A stretch of DNA of 63,772 bases, filler included, from Octopus bimaculoides (taxonomy: Eukaryota): the NCBI RefSeq assembly GCF_001194135.2. It is 6 parts of 6 records of this genome, joined end to end, with 100 filler letters (N's around TTAATTAATTAA, not from the genome) between each part and the next. Parts side by side here need not be neighbours in the genome. Positions count along the whole stretch, not along the records: positions 54,519 to 62,519 come from NC_068982.1; positions 62,620 to 63,772 come from NW_026379866.1; 4 more parts are not named here. One strand, written 5' to 3'. Under the pieces are notes generated by a model. That model did not search any database and was not told the origin of the DNA. It saw only the letters and a program-made list of their open reading frames with translations. Every line of letters starts with the position of its first letter. Within the stretch, counting starts at the first letter, position 1. The position numbers and the translations under genes are program-made. Of this stretch, positions 54,763-63,772 are shown piece after piece.

Positions 54763-55039
54763 ACAGATCAATCAGCACTCAGTTTTCAGCTCTAGTTTCT
54801 TATAGTTCTACATACCATAAAAGAGTTTAAGATTGGCTTTCCATAGAAACTCCTGTAAGCTAATGACTTAAATCTTATAGACAAATCTGTAGATTTAATA
54901 GACTTGGAAACAAACCTGAAACCAAAAGACCACAAAGTAAATTTAGCAAAGACTAAAGTTTAAGTAAGTAGGAGAGAAGACACGACTCTACAGGTAAGAG
55001 AGAAATGATTATGTCCAATATGCAGAAAAAGAGTAGATA

Positions 55040-55272
55040 GTCGAGCTGGCAGAAATGATAGCATGCCGGGCTAAATGCTTACCGGTATTTCGTCTGCCGT
55101 TACGTTCTGAGTTCAAATTCCGCCGAGGTCGACTTTGCCTTTCATCCTTTCGGGGGTCGATAAATTAAGTACCAGTTACGCACTGGGGTCGATATAATCG
55201 ACTTAATCCCTGTGTCTGTCCTTGTTTGTCCCCTCTATGTTTAGCCCTTTGTGGGCAATAAAGAAATAAGAA
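55040..55272 (+). mobile_element. tRNA-derived SINE family C
   Basis: CGAGCTGGCAGAA...GAGTTCAAATTCCGCCGAGGTCGACTTTGCCTTTCATCCTTTCGGGG...AAGAAATAAGAA. Confidence 0.85.
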
Positions 55273-55329
55273 ATTCTATACTCAGTGTACACTATAGATG
55301 CACAAGTGGTGTAGTAGGACCAGTGGCAG

Positions 55330-56150
55330 GTTGACTGTCAAAACATATTTTGTATGTAACAGATGCACAGGTGCAACTGGGAGTAAGAATTCATGCAAAA
55401 GAAGTTCTTTCAAATCTCATAAGGCTCATTATAAGTAGTTGATAGCTTTGTAACCTTGGGAACCCAATTAACAATGGAGGAATGGGGTGTAGTGAAAGTA
55501 TTACAGCCCAGGTAAGAATGGCATTGAGAAAGATCATAAAGCTATTAACTCTGGAGGCAATTCTCTCCACCCTCTTTTTATTCTGGCTATTACTGAATAA
55601 GAACAAGGAAGAGAGAATTTCCTTTTGTACATACATATTATAAAAATCTGTTCTTCACATTATCAGAGGGAAGGGCGAACTGTATGATGCATGTGTACAA
55701 AGCACAATGCTGCATAACAGCAACACATGGAGCTTGAATAAAGAGGATTAGCAAATAGAAAGAAATGAATGAAATATACTTCACTACATGTAATGTGAAT
55801 GCAGCTGAATGGTAGAGTAACAAGTTGCTGACAGAAAAACAGGGTATCAGAGGAATCAGTTAGAGTAGGCAAAAGAGAAGACTTGTGACTGAAGCTGAAA
55901 ACAAAGTGGCATGGAAATGTTGGTACAAGACATTGATGAAAGAGGAGAATGCATGAGAGAGTGAGGAAAGGGTACCCCATGTAGGCCCCTATTCAAAGGA
56001 TCAAAGACTGAAGTTAGAGCATATGGTAGAAAGCACAATTAGGGATATAAAAGCAGACAAGGTAGCTGGACAATCAAAGATAGTTGCTGAAGTATTTCAA
56101 ATATCTAGTGAGATTGATCATATTTTAGTCACATGCATATTCAGTAAATG
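55330..56150 (+). mobile_element. Heavily decayed RTE fragments
   Basis: Remnants of DSFC.LG, ESITAQVRM and LYDACVQSTMLH..TW. Confidence 0.5.
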
Positions 56151-58537
56151 ATTGATGAAGCTATATTGTCATTAAATAATACAAGGATGAAGTTAACCTA
56201 CAAAGAGACAAATAACTGAAGCATCATATAGTTGAATCAGTTTATAAAATTTACTAAGAAAGTTATAGCTCAATTGACTAGGAGGTAATTTAATTTATTC
56301 CAGGATAAGACACTATTTACACACTCAAGAAAGTTTTAACAATGAGAAGTCATTTTCCACATACACTGACAAAAAGAATTTTACAATATTTGCAAACCAT
56401 GCTGGAAAATAGGAGACACAATTATTGAATATAGCATTAAATAAAAGATTTTTGAAAAAGCAAAATCATGCACAAATGGATCAAAGAAATGCAGGCTTTG
56501 TACAGCAGAAAGAACACACATCCTGCTGAAATCAATGAGCTCCAGTAACTTCTAAATTCAAGAAAGGAAATATTTGTAAGATGTACCCATATAGATAAAT
56601 TCAATTTGTGCAATGGGAAAATAACATCAATGCCGGATTAATAGTACCATCCAACAAAGATTAAGCTAGGCATATCCTTCACATTTTACTTCTTTTCTTC
56701 TTTCGACCTTCTCAGTATTTGAATTCCACTGCACACATATCAACATCCCTATACAGTAACACTTTCACTTTTACTTTAGTAACCTTTTAGACAGATCATA
56801 AACTTAACATTCTACTTACAACCTTCTTTCTTCTACTCTTATCAACACATAAATCAATGTGCAATTTTCAGACACACTTCTAACATGAATCTTTATTGAC
56901 ATTCCAAGAACCCATCCAATTAAAGATCCGATAGGTACTACTAAGAAGAAGGCTTCATTTTATACAGCAATAATAGTTATTGACAATCACAGGGAAGCAA
57001 CTTAGGATTAAGTAAATCTCAGTTATTGTCCCTGTCATAGTGTTTCTTCATCTAATACTTCATATATTATCAGCCATTATTATGTTTATGCCAAGTTAGC
57101 TTGATGATTAAGGAAAGATGGGAGGCTCTGGGTCTCTACCCAAACCAAATGAAATATCTCCACTTGAACATGAAAACAAAGAAGCCATCAGAAAGAAACC
57201 AGTTATATAGCTAGATAAAAGAAAACAACAAAAATATTCATAACTCTCAAATGAGTTGGGCGCTTTCATTTGGTGAACCTACCAACAGATGAACAGTGTG
57301 TGTGTGTGTGTGTTGTTGTGTGTGTATACACTTCCTACACCTACCCTATGCACACACACACACACAATGTGAACCCACAAACTAGTAATTTCCATCTTTA
57401 CACCTTTAGCTATTTGGTCCTGAATGGATGATAGCAATACCCTGAATGTGATAACATTACAGATTTTATTGAGTATTATAATTGAAATATAACCAATAAA
57501 CAATTCAGTTGAGGAAGCCCAGCCTTGTAGCAAACACTTTTCTAAGTTGACGAGAAAGTAAAAGTGAAGCTGACTGCATTAACTACCACTTTAATGGAGA
57601 AATATTTATTAACCCTAGTGAGATTTGAATTTAGAACATCAGTCACAAAATCAGAAGCTGTGAATTATCAGGCTTAAAGTAGGACAACTACAGTACTAAA
57701 CATTAGCCAAAAAGTCATTTAGCATTCCATGATAATTAAAAAGAGCAAAGTACTTCAGAAAAAAAAAAAAATTTATACTATTATTATTATTTTTCTTGTT
57801 TTTTTTTATATGTGTGAAAAGATTAATGAGGTCATTATGCAAACAGAGAAAGTTGAGGTGCAGTTTGAATTGAATGCTGCTTAGGAAAAGCAGCAAAAAA
57901 AAAATTTTTTTAAATAAACTGTTGAAACTGAATTGCACACACACACACACACACACACACATGTGTACCTATATACATATACTTATTTGTGATTGAGAAA
58001 ACTATTTAAAAAATTATTATGTAATTTTTAGATACTGAAAACTTTTAAAATAGCCAAGTGAAATAATTAGATAAAATATTCTTTATTTTTTTCATGAAAT
58101 ACACTTATATCATGTGTTTTCATTCCACAGGCTATGATATGTCTAAAACTGCTGCCAAAGCAGAAACCAGTGAAAAAGAATTTAATGGAATTCAATTTTA
58201 AAAGTTGAAAAAATATCTAAACACTGACCACCTTGCATTATTTCTTTCAAAAAAAAAAAAAATAAAACTATCATTACTATTTTTATTCTATTTTTATTTC
58301 ATATATTTTTTTTTTCATTGAAAATAATTTTACCCAAACAATTCTAATAATTGAGTATAATACTGCCTTCTCCATACAACTTTATGTAATACATTTATAA
58401 ACTTTTACTTTTTACTGATTATGAATATACATTTTATTTTACACTTTCTAGTAGCTCTTAAAGAGAGATAAGCTAATTTGTTTAGAATATGTCTTATTCC
58501 AGTTCTATATTTAAGAGATGAAGAATTATGTACTTAT

Positions 58538-58832
58538 TTACATTAGACATATATTTGTCCTCATCTTGTCTGTTGTTAACACTTTTTGGCTGATATACCC
58601 CCCAGCCTTCATCAGGTGTCTTGGGGAAATTTCGCACCTGGGTTCTTATTCCTAAGGTATTTTTCGATCTTCTTCTTCTTCTTCTTATTATTATTATTCA
58701 GGTCATGGCTTGGAATTAAACTCGTAATCTTGGGGTTAGTAGCCTGTTCTCTTAACCACTATGCCATATGCCCAGGTTCGAAATGATGTGTTAACAACAA
58801 ACAAGATGAGGACAAATATCCATCAAATGTAA
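58538..58832 (-). mobile_element. tRNA-headed SINE-like element with HHR relic and inverted tail copy
   Basis: Head from 58773 (-): GGGCATATGGCATAGTGGTTAAG (A box) ... GAGTTTAATTCC (decayed B box), then an (AAT/AAG)n spacer. HHR relic GACAC-CTGATGA-A-GGCTG..CAGCC-AAAAA-GTGTT (58620-58578). Tail 58538-58582 is inverted at 58788-58832. Confidence 0.75.
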
Positions 58833-59326
58833 ATAATGTATATCTTATTTATCGCCAGCAATCTGTATTATAAGGGATCACCAACAAACTAGGGCACAGT
58901 TTGACTTGGTGAGTGGGACATTACATCATCTCTATGGACAACACTCAGACATCAGCATCAACATTCTATGTCTGTTTTTCAGTGGTTGGCTGGGTCTTGT
59001 CACACACTAGAAACAAACAAAACAAAACAAAAAACAGCCAGATCTCTTGTTGTGTGTGTTTTACAGTGTTGTCTAAATGCATTCTAATTGTACTACAGGT
59101 ACATTAGGGGTGCCCTATGAGGTGAAAACTGACTAATCTCTGCTACCCTGTATCAGTTCTTATTTTGGAGCTACTGAAGTTACTCAGAAATATGAACTGT
59201 AATGTGGCTTGTGAAATTCATAACTTGCTCATATGTACCATTCTGAGGCATGGTCTCCTTGGCTGGATATCCTTCCTAACATCAATCACTTTACAGAGTG
59301 CAATAGTTATATTTTATCATTCCTAA

Positions 59327-59537
59327 GGCAGCGAGCTGGCAGAATCGTTAATGCAGTGGACGAAATGCTTAGCGGTATTTCGTATGTCACTGCGTTCAAA
59401 TTCCATCGAGGTCGACTTTGCCTTTCATCCTTTCGGGGTTCAATAAATTAACTACCAGTTATGTACTGAGGTCGATCTAATTGACTAGCCCCATCCCCCA
59501 AAATTTCAGGCCTTGTGCCTTTAGTAGAAAGGATTTT
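59327..59537 (+). mobile_element. SINE family C (variant tail)
   Basis: Same head and core as 55040; tail CAAAATTTCAGGCCTTGTGCCT. Confidence 0.8.
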
Positions 59538-59680
59538 ATCATTCGTTCTGGCTAAATAGAACTGGGAAGAAATGATTGTGCTCCTCTTGCTAAAAATGAT
59601 ACAGCAAACACAAATACCCAGCAGTAAACACTGTTATATAACATCCAATCCCAAAACAACATGTAAACTTCAGAGGCAAC

Positions 59681-59829
59681 AGTGATGGCTGTGTGGTAAG
59701 TAGCTTGCTTACCAACCACATGGTTCCAGGTTCAATCCCACTGCGTGGCACCTTGGGCAAGTGTCTTCTACTATAGCCTTGTGAGTGGATATGGTAGACG
59801 GAAACTGAAAGACGCCTGTTGTGTATATG

Positions 59830-59860
<31 letters not shown>

Positions 59861-59936
59861 CTGTGTTTGTCCCCCCAACATCGCTTGACAACCGATGTTG
59901 GTGTGTTTATGTACCCNNNNNNNNNNTGTGTATATG

Positions 59937-59967
<31 letters not shown>

Positions 59968-60161
59968 CTGTGTTTGTCCCCCCAACATCGCTTGACAACC
60001 GATGTTGGTGTGTTTATGTACCCATAACTTAGTGGTTCGGCAAAAGAGAGTGATAATATAAGTACTAGGCTTACAAAGAATAAGTCCTGGGGTCGATTTG
60101 CTCGACTAAAGGCGGTGCTCCAGTATGGCCGCAGTCAAATGACTGAAACAAGTAAAAGAGT
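59681..60161 (+). mobile_element. SINE family A, full length (segment duplicated across a 10-N gap)
   Basis: Head, core and tail present; 59815-59916 is repeated after the gap. Confidence 0.85.
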
Positions 60162-60409
60162 AGACTTACTTGAAAAATTACAAATATCACTGAATGATTG
60201 CAACAAAGCCTTGAAGAAATTCTGAACAATTTCAATGATAAATGAAAGAGAAAGGTACAAGTATGGCTGGGTAGTTAAGAAGTTCGCTTCCCAACCATTT
60301 TTGGGGTTCAGTCCAACTGTGTGGCATCTTGAGCAAATGTTTTCTACTGTAGACCCAGACTGACCAAAATCTTGTGAGTGGATTTAGTACATGGAAAACT
60401 AAAGCAGGC

Positions 60410-60458
<49 letters not shown>

Positions 60459-60459
60459 T

Positions 60460-60830
60460 GTATTGGTGACACACAAATGGCACCCATGCCGGTGTCACAT
60501 AAAAGCACCCATTACACTCTCAAAGTGGTTGACGTTAGGAAGAGCATCCAATCGTAGAAAACAATGCCAAATCAGACTGGAGTCTGGTGCAGCCTTCCAG
60601 TTTACCAGCCCTGGTTACAGTGTCCAACCCATGCCAACATGGACAACGGATGTTAAATGATGATGATGATGATGATTGTTGAGTGGCTGGTATTTGGAAG
60701 GGTATCAAGCTGTAAAAATCCTGCCAAAATAGTAGCAGAAGTCTGGTGCAGACTTCTGTCTGGCTGGCTCCTGTCAAACCATCCCACCCATGCTTGCATG
60801 GAAGGTGGACATAAAGTGATGATGATGATG
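60460..60830 (+). mobile_element. Two tandem family-B elements
   Basis: Two units, each ending in (GAT)n, at about 60675 and 60830. Confidence 0.7.
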
Positions 60831-60832
60831 AA

Positions 60833-61228
60833 GCACAGGAGTGGCTGTGTGGTAAGGCAGCGAGCTGCCAGAAACGTTAGCATACCGGGTGAAATGCTTA
60901 ACGGTATTTCATCTGCCGCTACGTTCTGAGTTCAAATTCTGCCAAGGTCGACTTTGCTGTTCATCCTTTCGGGGTTGATTAAATAAGTACCATTTACGTA
61001 CTGGGGTCGATATAATCGACTTAATCCATTTGTCTCTCCTTGTTTGTCCCCTCTGTGTGTGTAGCCCCTTGTGGATAGTAAAGAAATAAGAAGCTTGCTT
61101 CCCAACCACATTGGTTCCAGGTTCAGTCCCACTCTGTGGCACTTTGGGCAGGTGTCTTCTACTATAGCCCTGGGCCAACCAAAGCCTTGTGAGTAGATTT
61201 CGTACATGGAAACTGAAAGAAGCCTGTC
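60833..61228 (+). mobile_element. SINE family A with a nested family-C SINE (60857-61090)
   Basis: GTGGCTGTGTGGTAAG|GCAGCGAGCTG...AAGAAATAAG|AAGCTTGCTTCCCAACCAC. Confidence 0.85.
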
Positions 61229-61254
61229 ATATATATATATATATATATATATAT

Positions 61255-62115
61255 ATCATCATTATCATATAATGTCCATTGTCTATGCTGACATGGCTTG
61301 GATAGTTTGATTGAGCTGGCATGCAGGGAGGCTGCACCAGATTCCAGTCTGATTTGGCATGGTTTTCTATGGCTGGATGCCCTTCCTAACACCAACCACT
61401 CTGAGAGTGTAATGGGTGCTTTTATGTGCCACTGGTATGGATGCCATTTGTGTGACACTGGGGTGCATTTACATGCCAACTTGCATGACACCAGTATCTG
61501 CCATAACTGCGATTTTGCTCAGCTGGATGGGTCTTCTTCTCAAGCATGACATAATGCCAAAGGTCTTGGTCATTGCCTCTGTGAGGCCCAACACTCGAGT
61601 GGGACTCAGCCACTTGCCTCTGTCAGGCCTAGCACTCAAAAGGAACTCAGCCACTTCGCCTCCGTCAGGCCCAACATTCAAAAGATGTTCTTTACATGCC
61701 ACCAGCATGAGCACACTTGGCTTGAGTTCTCAAGGTCTCGGTCATTTGTCATTGCCTCTGTGAGGCTCAAAGTTCAAAGAACATGTTTCATCACCTCGTC
61801 CCATGTCTTCCTGGGTCTACCTCTACCACAGGTTTCCTCAACAGTTAGAGATCTTTACACAGCTGTTCTCATCCGTATGCATCACATGACCATGCCAGCA
61901 CAGTTGTCTCTCTTGCACATCACATCTGATACCTGTTATGCCTAACTTTTCTCTCAAGATCATGAACATGAACACTGACATTGCACATCCAGTGAAGCAT
62001 ACTCGCTTCATTTCTTTGAAGTTTATGCATGTCCACAGCTGTTATAGCCCATGTTTCACTGCCATGCAGCATAGCTGTACTCACACAGGCATCAACCAAT
62101 CTGCCTTTCCCATTG
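61255..62115 (-). mobile_element. RTE-clade LINE 3' fragment (same family as 14993-16245)
   Basis: Colinear with 14993-15930, including the UTR. Confidence 0.85.
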
Positions 62116-62292
62116 CTTAATTAATTGAAGTCGCATGAAATGATCATACTGCATTAACTTTGGATATCCTTGTAGCTTATTTTGATTTTAATCACCTTAT
62201 TTTGAAACTGTATGGATAATACCATACTTATTTCTGGTGCCTAAACTTAAGTACCATATTCACCTGAATCTCTCTCTCTCTCTCTCTCTCTC

Positions 62293-63772
62293 TGGTGAAA
62301 TTGTTGAGATGCTTGAACGGCGATGCGTAGATCTGTGCCGCATCCAAGAAGTAAGATGGAGAAGAGGTTCTGCGAGGTTCCTCACAGGCAAAGAACACAG
62401 GTACAAGTTTTTCTGGGAAGGGAACACTGACGGAGTCGGGGGCGTAGGAATACTTCTAGCAGAGAAATAGGTTGATAAGGTAATTGAGGTAGTTAGAGTA
62501 TGTGACAGAGTACTTAAGANNNNNNNNNNNNNNNNNNNNNNNNNNNNNNNNNNNNNNNNNNNNTTAATTAATTAANNNNNNNNNNNNNNNNNNNNNNNNN
62601 NNNNNNNNNNNNNNNNNNNAGATTAGATTAGTGCTTCACCATAGGTTAGCTACTGTTATCTCGGCCTATTCCTCTCAACCGGGGCTACCGGATGGGCAGA
62701 AAGACCAATTTTATGATAACCTATTGCAGACTACTTCATTGACGAATGACAGGCCCCTTCTCTTTGTGGCTGGTGATTTCCATGGACATGTTGGACAACA
62801 TACAGGGGGCTTCCCGTAATGAGGAAGGAACCAGATTGCTGGAGTTCTGTGATGCAAATGATCTTATGGTTTTCAATACCAACTTCAGGAAACCTGCCTG
62901 TCACCTAGTCACCTACCGTTCCGGCAGACACTCTAGCCAAATTGACTACATCCTCGCCAGAAAAAGAAAAAGAGAACTGCTTATAAATGCCAAAACCTTC
63001 CCAGGTGAAGAATGTACCCCTCAACACAGATTAGTAGTTAGCGATTTCGGGATCAGGGCTAAATGGATGCCCAGAAGTAGACCAGCCGGGAGGAGAAGGA
63101 ACTGGAAGCTTAAAGATCCTGCAAATGGACTGAGATTTAGAGATGTGTTACTCGAAGCCTTCGACAACATAGAAGGGGATATACCATCACATAATGTGGA
63201 AGACAGCTGGAGGTTTCTACGGAACAACCTGCTGAGAGCCACTGACCAGATCTGCAGATGGTGCAAAGTCCCCTCTCGACCCAAAGTAACGTGGTGGTGG
63301 AGCAATGTGGTTGACAGGGCTATTAGACAAAAGAAACAGGCTTGGAAGGACTGGAAGAACAGAGGTAGCAGGGAATTGTATCAGACTGCTAGAAGGGAAG
63401 CTAGGAGACAGGTTTATTTAGCCAGAGGGGAAGCAGATGAGAAAAAATTTGCCAATATTCTGCACCGTGACGACCAAAGACTTGAAGTATTTCGTGTTGC
63501 AAGACGGTGTGTGAGAGAGAATCATGATGTCGTAGGAGAGAAATGTGTCCGCATCAATGATGGCTTACTCTTGCACTAAACGAGGCTGCAAAGAGAAAGG
63601 TTTGGAGACGCCACTATGAAAGGTTGCTTAATAAAGAGAATGAATGGGAGAAAGAGAGTCTGCCGAATATCGACCCAACAGAGGGACCAGCTATCCGAAT
63701 TGACAGTACCTTGTCAGATAAGGCAATCAAGAGTATGAAGACAGGGAAAGCCCCCGGCCCATCAGGAATCAC
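62293..63772 (+). mobile_element. RTE-clade LINE: APE endonuclease and start of RT, degraded, runs off the window
   Basis: IQEVRW..GVGGVGILL; VISAY; VAGDFHGHVG; RNEEGTRLLEFC..NTNF..QIDYIL; QHRLVV; ends KAPGPSGI. Contains stops and frameshifts. Confidence 0.92.

Noticed and set aside
59815-60020. ~100-bp direct duplication inside a SINE
   Set aside because: Straddles a 10-N gap; most likely unmerged contig overlap.
61255-63772. Head-to-head RTE fragments as one twin-primed (5'-inverted) insertion
   Set aside because: About 180 bp of unrelated sequence lies between them and they look unequally decayed; independent insertions are simpler.

Overview
AT-rich, microsatellite-dense eukaryotic DNA with many assembly gaps. 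The repeat landscape (tRNA-derived SINE families, RTE and R4/Dong-type LINEs, Penelope-like elements, mariner/Tigger/piggyBac relics) is typical of an octopus genome; that assignment is an inference. The only host gene I can recognise is a FHIP1/FAM160A-family (FTS-Hook-interacting protein) gene on the minus strand, with two identifiable coding exons (23651-24424, 19195-19353). The most interesting signal is non-coding. Several sequence-unrelated fold-back (inverted-repeat) elements each carry a minimal type I hammerhead-ribozyme (HHR) motif or its relic. One copy (28289-28339) has all stems pairable and a compensatory G3-C8 swap in the catalytic core. Another (58538-58832) joins a tRNA-like Pol III head to an HHR relic. 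Most other copies lost the GAAA core by apparent CpG decay. All calls are by eye; no alignment, folding or database search was run.
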